DNA of 64,000 nt from Haplodiscus bocki. Its lineage: Eukaryota. The notes under the pieces were generated by a model. That model had not been told where the DNA came from and searched no databases. It saw only the letters and a list, made by a program, of their open reading frames with translations. Positions 51,582 through 63,599 of this stretch are shown here, piece by piece. The DNA is taken from NCBI GenBank assembly GCA_965655095.1, contig OZ296657.1, positions 66,030,001 through 66,094,000 on the forward strand, written 5' to 3'. Made by a program: the position numbers and the translations under genes. The first letter of the stretch is position 1, and each line of letters opens with the position of its first letter.

Positions 51582-53595
51582 ATGCTTCTAACCTTTTTCT
51601 TGCTCGTTACTCCTGATTCTGTTCGAAGTGATTGGGTTTCTAACATCGAAGCCGCTACGAACCCCGACGATCTTATTGACAAAGGGAATGTATTCAATGA
51701 AGTCAGTAAAAACGTACTGACGGAAAAATTCACTAGCGTTGAATTTTTAGTTCCGTTTCCGACTTATGAACTGATTGATTTTGGAAATTGCCCAGACCAA
51801 TCAACAGAAAATGGTAAAAATATCCGCCGCCTTGCTGATTTTCAGAACTCACTTAGCGACTACATTACCGAATTCGTCACTAACACGGATGAAAGGTTTT
51901 TTTCTCGTTGAAAATGAATTGACGGCCCTTAACGCAATACAAACTGAAATGGCCGCGACTCAAGATAAAAACTGGTTCATCATTCAAGAGCAATTGGCAA
52001 GTTGCGAACAAAATGTTCATATTTTACGTGACTGCGATCAACTTTTATTCGCCAACCAGCAACTTAACTTCAATTTTGATACCGTTTCTTCTTTACTTTC
52101 AATGATTCATGCTAGCGTGAAAAACTACCGTTCTACTTTGTTCGCTTTTTGCATAAACATTTTAAATTCGATTCCTGTTTTGCTTAAAGGACGTTTGCCG
52201 ATGACGCATATTCCTATGGAATCGCTCCTAGCGATGATGGATAGTATTAGTCTTTGGCAATCAAAGGCCGAAGATCGCCTCACTCTTGCTATACCGGCGA
52301 GTGATCTGTTGTCCTATTATGATTCTCGTTTGCTAGCTGACGCTATTACGGTATCAGAAGGCCTCTTATTGACCCTTAACATACCGCTTGCTTCGCAGCA
52401 AAATTTTTTTACACTTTTTGAAGCAAAACTTATTTCGATGCCTTTTCCGGACGACCCTCAGACGGCTCTTAAATGGAACATCGAAGCTGCATATTTAGCT
52501 ATTTCTGAAAACAAACGTGAATCGTCCGTCTTTTCTGAGGAACAATTTGAGCACTGTCTCGGTTCGTCGAAGTACCGAACTTTCTCCCAAGCTTTCCCAA
52601 CGCAGATAGGACACCCTTCTTGCATTGCAGCATAGTACTTTTTTTAGTCCTATTGATGCTTTAGCTGTTTGTGAACCTACTGCTATCACCTTACTTAGTA
52701 TTGAACATGCTACGAACCTCGGTTTTGGTATCTGGCTTTTTACATCTTCCAATGCTGGTTTCACATTCCGCGAGTCATCATCATTAGCAACATCATCCTG
52801 TTCAGGATCATTTGCTGGTTGTCATTTTTGCATCATCACCCTTGCGTGTGGTATGCAAATCCACACGGGGCATCTTATCAAACGATCAGATCTTACTTCA
52901 TGTTCAACTATTCCGGCAATTAAGTTGCGATTGTCTTTGCCGGACCCGCTTGAATCATTGATCATGCAAGTCCCCCGTTAGACGACCTACACTTATATAC
53001 ATCGAAAGCGGAGGCAGGATTGAAACTTTTAAAAGCAGTGTGGAAGAAGCTTATAAGCAGTCCAAGAGTCCGCCAAGTCAATCAATTGGTGGAAAGGCCA
53101 CGTCCGTTTGCACAGGACCTGAAACTATTGAAACCTTCACTGACCCCTGATTTTAATCAGTATGTTCCTTTCAATGTTTCTATTACCTTGACAGTGATTG
53201 TTTTCATCGCATCAACGGTGCTACCTCTGGTATCCATGTATGTTTATCACCGGTTCTACATTAGAGATTGCATTTTCACGAAATCATCGAAGAAAAATGG
53301 CACTAAAAGACCGGTCCTCCAGGTTCCAAAAGAATGCTCAAAAGAACTTCCGACCAAATTTTCTAAACTTTATCCTTCACTTGGTCCTGATGCAATTGAA
53401 ATATGCCCGAAACTTCCGACTGTTCCTCATAAAAATATTAGCTTTGAATCTCACCTCCAAGCAGCCACTTCATTTTCGCCTGCTGCCTTAATACCCACCT
53501 ATGAAAATCGAACGCGCAAAGCTGTGACTGCTGTCGCGTCTCAACAGGAAGGGCACTATACCACTATTGAGAAAAAACTAGAAACCCCCGCTTGA
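51582..53595 (+). pseudogene. Baculovirus-F/errantivirus-like class I envelope glycoprotein, nearly intact
   Basis: Four abutting ORFs give a signal peptide (MLLTFFLLVTPDSVRS), a long helical region, LLKGRLPMTHIPMESL (cf. GxLxPxxIxxxxL), LLLTLNIPL..FTLFEAKLISMP, YLAISE..FEHC..C..C, a Cys-rich segment, a TM helix (VSITLTVIVFIASTVLPLVSMYVY) and a cytoplasmic tail. Confidence 0.8.
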
Positions 53596-53976
53596 TACCA
53601 CTGCAAGATTGACTTGACGTCTTACGTTAATCATTAATTGAAATCATTAAAAACAAAACATGCATTGTTATCAAAACAATTGCTGTAATTTGTAAAAGTT
53701 AAATATAGTAATATTCTGGCTATAAAAGCACCACAAAACGAAACGAAACAACACTCTGGGACTGGCACAACAACTACGATCACGTGACAACTTTTGGGCA
53801 ATTGGAACACCTGCGCTGGCTTTTCTTCACCTTTTCTATCTACTTATCTGGGAATTCTTTGGGTTCATTCTGTTTTTTCAACAACTCAACTTGGGCGTTT
53901 CAGACATTTCAACCAACATCGACACTGGATTTCCCCAACAGCATGATGATCTTTTTCAACAGGCCGGAAGTGTTTT

Positions 53977-53995
53977 GAACGGAGGAAGTGTCATG
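53977..53995 (+). promoter_or_regulatory. Candidate polypurine tract and 3' LTR start
   Basis: gaacggaggaag followed immediately by TGTCATG at 53989, ~390 bp after the env stop. No partner LTR seen in the window. Confidence 0.4.
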
Positions 53996-55099
53996 TACTG
54001 AAACATTGCCTCAGTTTAGGACAGATGAACTTGAAACTTAGATTCAGAATTCCTCGACATTTTAATGAACTTCAGGTCATTTTAACATTTTAAACTACCT
54101 TAGTTATTTATTCACAAAGTTTTTTCATTATTGATGAGAGCTGATCTCAAAATCAAGAGCTCTGAAGAGTAAAAATTGAAATATTGAAATGGTTCTCTCA
54201 ACTAACCGAAAAGGATTGTGATCAATGCATCCAAGGTTCTTGTCCGCTCGCCAATAAACTGCTGTCTCGAATAGTGTAAAACGTAATTTAATACCTGAAA
54301 AAAAGGTTTAAAACTGGTACCCTGTGCTTTAAACTGAATATGAGCAACGATGTACTTGAAAAAAGAGATTTTCTGTCCAGTTTTCACTGCAACCCTCTAA
54401 GTAGGCAGTACACTGTCTTAGTTAGCTCTTCACACCTAAAGAGTCGATAAAAACTGGTGTGCTCGCAAGGGCCGCAAAATAACTGCCTGCTTTCCCAATT
54501 GTTTTCATTGGCAGTCATCTCTTGAAAGTAAAAGCTGGCGCGCTGCTAAAACTTGAATAGATTTTGCTAACTCAATTTTAATTGGTGTTGCTTATAAAAA
54601 CAGTAATTTGTTTTAATTAATTACTTTGGTGAATTGAAGTTTATTCTCAGCCTAATCTGTGGTTTCCAGCACAACTAAGAACAAACTAATCCTAGAAATG
54701 AAATAAAAAACTAGAAATCAGTACTACGAGTCCTAACAAAACTTTTTACCGATGACCGAAAAACAAAAATAAAAATTGATGTTCTGTATCGAAAGGTATT
54801 TTCTTTATCCCTGCAGGTCTCTAATCAGGCTGCCATATTCTGACTACTTCACTTGATTGTTCACAATCATACCAACTTTTAGTATTGTTATGGAGGCAGT
54901 GGCCACAAAAGCAATGGCTGTGTCTTTATCCTGTGGTCTAGGTAGTTACCTTCTACTTATCAAATAGTTTCCGATGAAGTGAAATAGTGGTTTGTACAGC
55001 AAAATTGGGCACCCTTCAATAAAGGAGGATTTCGGAGGCAGGCGGAGACTTCTGATGTGAAGACACTCCTTAAAACATCACCCAATCGAATCCTTCCCA

Positions 55100-55640
55100 T
55101 TGTGGACTCGCAATTGTGGAAAGTTGTCTATCCTCAGCATCAGTGGTGGGCGAATCAGCGATGTGTCTGACTGCCTCCCTCGGAAAAATCAGTACACTGC
55201 AATACTGTTGTTCATTGGAGCAATGGATTTGTTCCAGAGAAACGGCACCAACTCTGTCCGTTCCCACATCAGTGTTGCCGATGAAGTCAGGCAGTTGGGA
55301 AACACATGTGCTGATCGTGCAAAAAAGTCTACGCCTTTGGTCTTCCACCCTGATATCATCTTCCCGGCCGCACAAAAGAAGTCAACGAGGTGTTAGCGTC
55401 ATGGAAATCTCAAATTGGGACTAGAAGCATCTCCAGGCACATCTTCAGCGAGCAACATAATAATCCAGGGGACGACGTGTATCTCACCGAAGTTGCCTTG
55501 ATAGGCATTTAAAAACTCCTGAAGGAAAAGATGCTTCACAAGAAGTTCTCGTCAGCAGTTCACTCAGCAGGTCACCCAAACCAGTACAACTGTGAAACCG
55601 TCTGCAGTTGCAGTGGTCATTCTTGATCTTGTCGCCGGCT
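55100..55640 (-). mobile_element. RTE-like non-LTR retrotransposon 3' remnant
   Basis: QLYWFG..DENFL (cf. QLRWxGH..D.RL) and RPGR*YQGGRPKA (cf. GxRxxGRPK). Confidence 0.35.
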
Positions 55641-55949
55641 CTTTTCAGGTGTCACAGATGAGAGCCAGAAATCTGGAACCCTCTTGTTTCTCCTTCGATC
55701 TCCTTGTTTCCCACTCGCTCTGAAGCTGTTTGAACCGTCTACAAATTACAACTCTCATTGTAATCGCACCCCAGTGTAAACAAAAACGAAACCCAAAAAT
55801 TGCGAAACAAGTTGTAACACCTGCAAGACGAAAATTCAGGGAGACATATTTCATTGTCTCTTCTGCGAGAAAACTCTTCATCTGGCTCCCAGCTGCGCGG
55901 GTTTCACGAAAGATGAAATCAAAGTATTAGCTAAACTCGAGAAAAAATT

Positions 55950-58778
55950 GAAGCAAGTATGCCACGACGGCACTGAAAAACCATTACCTCAGGCAAAAGA
56001 AACCGACAAAGGCTTTGAACAAAAACGGTCCTATGTTGATCAAAATAGACAAGTATCAGAAAGACTGCCTAAAATTGATTGAAGAAACAAAACCAACGTG
56101 CAAAAAGTTGCAAACAAGAAAACCTTTTCGGAAAAAGCAGGGCCAGAAAAAGCTGGACACCGATTACCTGTCTCGGAAATCGACAGCACTACAGTTCTTG
56201 GAATCGGCTGTCGCGGCATACCGGAACGAGAAGGTGGCACGCCAAATGGAAAACTTGAACATAACAAACAATCTGTTCAAATGGTTCTTGGCCACTTAGA
56301 TGTCAAAGGTGAAATCACGATTTGCAATACACTTGGGAGAAACAAGATCATAAGCACAAAAGCGAAAACGAGCTCACCACTGAAGCCAGCGGGAAACAAG
56401 TACGAATCATTTTGATTGATCCTTGAAAGTCATAAAGAGAGTCTAGTGATGAAGGCTGCGCACCGACTGAAAGACGTCAGCGAGTTCGAGAGACCAATCT
56501 TCATCAGTAGGAAATGCCCGCAGATGCCAAAATTGCAAACGATCTTTTTAAAGGAAGATGGAAAAATTAACAGTGGAGGTGATCCCAAATGTATCAGAAT
56601 CAGAAACCTTACACTAGACCTAAAAACGGATAACAAGTGGGAAATGGTTGAACTACCAAAACCTTCTTCCTGACTAAAGAATAAAAAAACAAAATGCTCA
56701 ATTTTAAAGTACGTAGCATCTGCGAATGAAAACGAAGAGTCGCGTTGTCTAATGCGATGACCACTGACGAGTTTAACACACTCTGCTTTATTGAGACATG
56801 GCTAACGGACAGCATGCACACTGCAGATCTTTTTCTCAACAATTCCGAAATATACAGTTGTCATGGCACCAGCAGTAACAACAAAACAAAGCGTGGAGGC
56901 GTTTTAATCGGAACCCGAAAATTATAAATCACAAAACTGTCCTTCCGGGACAAAAACCCACTGACTCTTTCGAGGAATCACAGGGGATGATCGCAGACAG
57001 TCATTTAGTTGTATGTCTAAACTCACTGCTGATTTGCTGTATATACAGTTGGCCAAAAAAAACCCTGTACGCTCAACAGTAAAGATCTCACATACATCTT
57101 TCGAACTGTGAAAGAAGAAGTGAAATTACACTGCAGTAAAACAATCTTCAAAATAGATTTGAAGTTTGATTCCACAGATTGGCGCCATTTTGTCTGAATT
57201 GACAAACTACAAGAAGACGTCCGCTCCGTCTTTATTGAGAACTGCTTCTCAAACGTAATTGAAGCCATCGACAATCGACAATTTGATCTCGCACTCACAA
57301 ATAATACAGATTTATTACACTTTGTGGACCTGATGCTAAAAGTTTGCCAAACTTTACAACGTGATCCAGAAAATGTGCTCTGATCATCTTCTTTATGGAA
57401 CAACAATCAAATTGCCTTCCAAAACCATCCCACAAACCTTCATTAAAAGTTTTGCTTTCAAAAAAAGAAATTGGAAACAGTTCGCGCAAGAGTTTGAGAA
57501 ATGCCCTACCATTCTAAAGTACTACAGCAACACTAGCTTCCTCGTGGAACAATGGTATTGCCGCCAGTTGTGGTCCATAATCAAAACCGTTGTTCGAGTG
57601 ACGAAACATCCAACAGCGCTTCAGCCGTGGATCGTGGTTCACACTGGAAACATCCCAAGTCCTCAAACAGCTAGAAAATCTGCAACGCATACAAAAAGGT
57701 CCTAACGTCAAGTTAAAATTAAAAATTTCACGTAAGAAAAAAGACATAAACGAAGCTATAGTCGAAGACCAGAAAGCCCTCAAGGATAAAATCTTCAAAA
57801 CAGTCAATTCAGTCACAAAAACAAGCACATAAACAGGTACCTGGTAACGAGTGGTATGCATTCGCCGATGGTTTTTGAACTGCTCTTCACTGGTGACGAA
57901 TCAATGAAGAGGGACGCTTCTGACCTTGACAAATGGTGCTTAGACAACTCGATGAAGTTGCTTGCCAAAAAGTGTTCAAATTTAGATTCCGAAAAAAAGC
58001 AAATGCCCAGCTAAGCGGAGTTGAAGTTGATCACACAGAGTCCACTAGAGACCTCTGTGTATCCGTCTGTTATCATCTCAGGTTGGGCAGTAGTGTGAAT
58101 ATCCGTAGGCAAAAGGATCTTGAAGTGTTCTTCAGCATCCGACGCAACATGATCAGCCACAGTAACACTGCTATTAAGACGCATGTCTCCACGGGCTTTG
58201 TGGTGCCAGTTCTTACGCATTGTAGTCTTGGTATGCGAATGGTAGCTCGCTAAAAAACAATAGAACAAGTACAAAAACTACCTACAAGATGAATAAATGG
58301 AGGATATCAAACATACAAGAGCAGATTTACAAAACTCAATCTGCTGTCACCCTGTACATCGAAATGCATGACGTGCTGTACCTCACATAACTCATGCTCA
58401 GAGAAGAATATCTTCTAATCAAAAACTGGGAAGCCAATAAGAAAATCAGTACACAAGACAAGAGACACGACAAGAACTGAAAATCCATAAGTCGAAACTG
58501 CAAAAAATTACGTCTTGCATCGATCAGCCCTTCTGATGAAAATTGTCAATGAAAATTCACGCACACGCGCCTGCGAGCAAGAAAGAAATTACGACAGTCT
58601 TCTGGAGATTCCTCATCGAGAATTAGAATGAATAGGATACATGCACATGGAGCATCCTGTGCAAGTGTGGAATACGCTAAACTATCTACGGACGGTGACA
58701 AACTAAAACTTTGATGGTTGGCAAACACCCCGGGGCCTGTGAAGCCCTGAAGTCTGACCTAGTACTATTACTACTAAT
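55950..58778 (+). mobile_element. CR1/L2-like LINE: ORF1, APE endonuclease, RT core deleted, 3' tail
   Basis: ORF1 remnants 56015-56673 (ERPIFIS..IRIRNL); APE motifs LCFIETWL, KRGGVLIG (56745-56927) and SDH (~57378); C-terminal STRDLCVSV..FFSIRRN..VVPVLTHCS; ends in tagtactattactacta. Confidence 0.8.
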
Positions 58779-59303
58779 GTTTGGTTTCCAGAACACCAAC
58801 TGCGCCGGGAGCTGAAAGATAACCACGAACGAACCCTCGCGGCAACGAAACCTAATGAAGAGAGTCGCAACAAAAAGTTTGATTTTTCACTAAATAAAAC
58901 TTTCGATTTCCAGTTCGCATACATTGCCTTTTGATTTAATTGAGGTAGACAACCGAAGGCAATTATCAAATATTAACCAGTCCCACCTCTCTTTGCTTAG
59001 TGCGCGAAGGTTTGTGATACTTTTTGAATTCTACTGCTACCTATTTCAAAGCACCAAATCTTGCAGCCTCTACAAACCTCAAATTCCCAAAACCTTTTTA
59101 CAAAAAGCTGAGCTTCAAGAATTCAACTACTCATTTTTTCTAATCATAAAATCTTTCTAACCCGAGAGTCTTGAACTGAAACCGGAATCATTTTATGGCA
59201 CAACTTTGAATGAAAAGTACGAGTACGGAACACCGACTGAACACCAGAAAGTGTTGGAAACTTGACCAAACTTTGCGAACACTTTAAGGGAGAATCTAAT
59301 GCA

Positions 59304-60379
59304 GGTGTCGTCTCACAGCTCCGAACGTTCACAGCTCCGAAATTAAATAAAGTGTAGCTTAACTCCGATAATTTTCAGTCACGTGACCCACGCGGCGTTA
59401 GTGTTCATTTTAAACATCATTTTGCACAAAAGTACACAATGCTTGAAATTCTTCAAGGTAAATGAGGAAAATTGAAAAAAAAACCCTGAATAAAAGTTAA
59501 AAAATGTTTTCGACAACATTCTGGAAGAAAATCCGAGATAACTGGCTCCGGATTACAGATCAGTAAAAAGCAGTCTAAACCGAATAATGACAAAAAAAGT
59601 TTATTTATTTAATCTACAGTTTGTAATCAACAATTTTAACAATTCCCCCTTTCATTATTTCTCCACCCCCCCCCCCGTTGTTTCTTCACTTCTCCCCGCC
59701 CGTTGTTTCTTCAAATGGATATCCAAACGAAATCCAAGAAAGTAGCACTGCTTTTTTTTTTCAATCGAAAATGAAATTATGGATCTTTTGCGAGAATATT
59801 GCAAAATTCGCTAACATCTCTCTGGTGGGGGGGGGGGGCTCTCTGATAACAAATTCAAAAAAATTATTTAGCTTCGCCCCACTTCTTCAATCCCGTCACA
59901 GTTCCTTTTCACCCCCCACCCCCCAAACCATTGTCCCCCCTCATCCGTTGTAAAAAAGACCCTATCATAGTATTTTTGCGATGCCTCCAAAATTACGGTG
60001 TAAGTGGGGGAGGGAGATTGAATAAGTGGAGGGGGGATATTTTGAACACTACTTTGATTCAATTATTCTCAATTTTAAATATTTTACATTTTGAAGTTGA
60101 TTATCTGTACCTGTGTTCAATTTTCGGAGTAATGGGAAAATTTTAAATTCGGAGTAATGAATAGCTATTGGGATACGATAGCCCAAATTTGCAATACAAA
60201 TTAATATATTAATACCAATAGTAAAAAGAATTTGCAATCTTTTCCGCTTGTATTTAATAATATTCAATATTTTTCGGAGTTAAGCTACACTTAATTTATT
60301 TTCGGAGCTGTGGATCACTTTTTTGAATTTCGGAGTTGTGAACTACTTTTATTATTTTCGGAGTTGCGGTATAGAATCC
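59304..60379. mobile_element. Non-autonomous TIR element (MITE/foldback-like) with 7-8-bp target-site duplication
   Basis: cacagctccgaaattaaataaagtgtagcttaactccga (~59330-59368) is the near-perfect reverse complement of tcggagttaagctacacttaatttattttcggagctgtg (~60275-60311). Ends GG..CC; flanked by (c)taatgca at 59296-59303 and 60379-60386. Confidence 0.8.
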
Positions 60380-61405
60380 TAATGCATTGCCAACCGCAAA
60401 GAGTCCTGATCTTCATGAGTCTTTTCCTTCCTTGGACAGGCTGGCAGGAAGCTTATTTCGAACAGTAGACAGAAGGAATTGTAAAATCTGTTGAACCTAA
60501 GACGGATACATATGTAGACGAAACTTCAACTGGATTTTGTTCAAACAAATCTCAAACGATTCCATGATTTGGAAACTATAGCCACAAAAAGCAACCACCG
60601 AAGAGAAAAGGAGTCTCCGATAACGGAAGCAAAAAAAAACAAGCGAAAGAAGCCAGCTCAGAAGCAATAAAATGTGTCTCAAGCTGTGCGTTTATATGCT
60701 CGGCTCTATATTGTAATTTCGACTTCGAATCTGTTGACGAGTCTTGACAGGTACAAGACTTGTCGTTGGCCCATTTTTTAAGAAAAGAGATCATAACTCA
60801 CACCGTCTGCGAATGTGACAGGAAAACGAGCAGAATTTTAGCTAAAATTAGAGCGATAGCCTGTCCTGGAGTGTTCAGAGCCGCAAAGTGAAGTTGTTCC
60901 TCGCCGCAGTTTTTCCTCAATAGAGCTCTTTCTGAACAGTTCATCATCTTGCAATCCAGACAGAACAACCGCGGCAGTGGTCACAGTTCTCATTTTTGGG
61001 CAGTGGTCCTTGGAAGTTCGAAAGGCAGCTCTCTTCAGTGTAGAACTCTTCTAATTTGCCTGTGCATTACCTTTTGTAGCCATTTTTGGTTTGTGACTTC
61101 TGTTAAATTTCTCCCTATGTTCCTTTTCTTTCTCACGCTTGAGGGCAAGCTAAGCCCAGCCTGAAAAAAGGATTTTGACAATCCGCGTGGCTAGGGGTCC
61201 TGACTCGAACTCTGAAACATTCTGTAGTGCTGAGATGAATTTCAAGGTTAAGGGGTAAGTTCAAAGTATAATCTCACCCAGGTTCTTTTCTAATTTACAG
61301 AAGAGGTTATCATTACTAGTTTTCCACAAATTTTCAGCTTTTCATATTCAAGTAGCATCCGGAAGCCTCTTTGATTCGGAGCAGCCTGGTTGGAAACTAA
61401 AAAGG

Positions 61406-62175
61406 AACAAGACGGCCGGCTACCACCGGCATATTTTGCGCCTTCCCAATTTGGTAAAGGTGCAATTTTAGAAGATGAGAACGTTTTTTCTTTGAAAAAA
61501 AAACACTCTTCCATCATCATATTTTCTAATTTTTTCCAACGTTCAAAATGTTCTGATTTTTTTGTCAAAAAAAGCCTCATAATTAGGGCGGAAAAGACAT
61601 TTTTTAAATAATACCATTCGATACGCATTCTAAAGCAAATTTGCTGCCTTTAGCGATTTTGAAAAAAATTCAAAACTTTTTTTCCGAAAAACCCATTTAT
61701 TTTTGAAAAAAAAACCCAATTTTTGAATGTTTTGAGAAATCTTCCTATTTCAGTCGCATTCTACAGCAAATTTGCTACTTTTTGCGATTTTATAAAAATT
61801 AAAGATTTTTTTTCGAAAAACCCATCTATTTTTAAAAACCCCAAATTTTGAATGTTTTGAGAAATCTTCCTATTTCAGTCGCATTCTACAGCAAATTTGC
61901 TACTTGTTGCGATTTTATAAAAATTAAAGATTTTTTTCGAAAAACCCATCTATTTTTTTAAAAAGAACCCCAAATTTTGGAAGTTTTTAGAAATCTTCTA
62001 TTTCAGTCGCATTCTACGGCAAATTTGCTTCAATTTGATGAAAAAAATTCAGACACGTGAACAACCGATGTTGGCTCGTTTACGGGAGCTCAATTGGCAA
62101 ACATAGGGTAAAAAAACGGACCTATTTGAGAGAACGATTTTGCTTTCATATTCTTAAGAATATGGCGCAAAATAA
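61406..62175 (-). mobile_element. Helentron-associated non-autonomous element (HINE/DINE-1-like)
   Basis: 11-bp subterminal inverted repeats tattttgcgcc (61432-61442) and ggcgcaaaata (62164-62174); terminal hairpin gccgg-ctacca-ccggc (61415-61430); minus-strand end CTTGTT; perfect 18-bp palindrome catattcttaagaatatg (62147-62164); internal tandem array. Confidence 0.8.
61624..62030. repeat. ~128-bp tandem repeat, ~3.2 copies, inside the HINE
   Basis: cgcattcta.(a/g)gcaaatttgct starts at 61624, 61755, 61880 and 62008 (periods 131, 125, 128) with high identity. Confidence 0.95.
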
Positions 62176-63599
62176 ACAAGAAAAATATCCCAAAAAGTTT
62201 CACATAGTTGTAGTTGATACTGAAGTTGTGATTTGTAATTTTTGTATTAAGGACTTGGGAGATCATTTCGAAAACGCCATGGAGTGCCTTGACTGCCTCA
62301 AGAAAAACCGGATTGGTTTTCTGAGATGACAGCTGTTGCTCGGGATTGTATGTCCAGGAATAGCGTAATCTGGGGCCGCAATATATGTACAGGTGAAGTG
62401 AAGCCCCTATTGAACGGAAACTCAGGACAGACGTGACAACAAAAAACTTCATCTTCGTTGATGAAGCAAAATTGTACAAAACGAGTGAAATGCAAAGTTA
62501 ATACGAGAAGTGGAAATTTTCAAAGTGGTCCGATTTTAGTCAACTGGAGGGGAGGCTGAGCTGTCGAAGCGTTAGAAACTGACTTCAAAGGGAAGAAAGA
62601 ATAACTTGAGCAGGTATTTTTCACTTTTCGACAAAAGTACATTGAAGATTGTAGGCTTTGAGATATATTGGGAGTCATTGTTGAATCCAGTTCCTCGTTC
62701 CGCGATCAAATGGCTACGAAAACCAGACTAGCTAGTAGCGTGGTCACAGTAAAAAAAGGTTTTTGCAGAGCTCACCATGGACATCAAGAGAAGCCTATAC
62801 AAAGCGTTGCTGAGGCCACGTCTAGATTAGGCAAGTCAGATATGGAACCCTTACATCAAATACGTCAAATAGACAAATGAGGTACAGTGAGAGACAATAT
62901 TTGAAGCTACCCACTCAACAGTACAGAAGGCACCTTGGACACATGATAGAGGTGTTGAAACTCTTAAATATTGTAACCGTGTAGCAACTGAGGATTGTTT
63001 CGTATAAATCATAGAGACAACATAGGAAACCCATGCAAAGTCAGCTTAAGGGTCAGCTTTTTCACCATCGCAGCTGTAAACGACTGGGACTCAGTACTTG
63101 AAGCTGTTGTTACTCAGCGACGTCAACACGTTCAAAACAATGCTGGATAAAAACGGTTATTGAAATATAACATACAATTTTTTCCCGAATGCAGCGGAAG
63201 TTCAAGGAAGGAGTTAGTCGACAGAGGCCTGACAGCCTGCAGATTATAACTCTGCATGTTTTTTTAATCTAGTAGTAGGGTCTTAATGGTAAGTGGGCTA
63301 TTTTCCTCCGGCCAGTTTTTCAATAGTGGTGAAATAGTTATTTCAGCTGGCTTGTAAAAACATGAAGTTTTTTGCTGCTACATCAGGTAGGCTAATTTCA
63401 ATTTTGTCAACCAATGCTATATCGAAAAGAATAGGAACCGCTTGTATTTGCAACTATCTTTCGTTGTCTTAGAGCTGTAACTACTTTTTGAATTGCTTCT
63501 CCTGAGCTGAGAATTCGATTTTTTCAACGATGTAATCTGTTTATATATGTATCTTCTGGAAATGTCTTTCCTGATTAAATACGGCATTTCAGTTTAATC

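Larger units (their letters stand above)
60450..63250 (+). mobile_element. Second CR1/L2-like LINE relic, interrupted by the HINE
   Basis: RT-like VQE*RNLGPQ..FIFVDEAKLYK (~62350-62480; cf. VPQGSVLGP..LFADDxKLY); C-terminal GHMIEVLKLL, FFTIAAVNDWDSV and VNTFKTMLDK. The APE-like part at ~60500 is weak. Confidence 0.6.

Noticed and set aside
61624-62030. CRISPR-like array
   Set aside because: Whole ~128-bp units repeat with no unique spacers, there are no cas genes, and the context is eukaryotic.
1-63500. Most 60-130-aa ORF-track ORFs as real genes, or an alternative genetic code explaining the stops
   Set aside because: They use non-ATG starts and overlap decayed TE frames; stops of all three types come with frameshifts, and POLR3B reads normally in the standard code.
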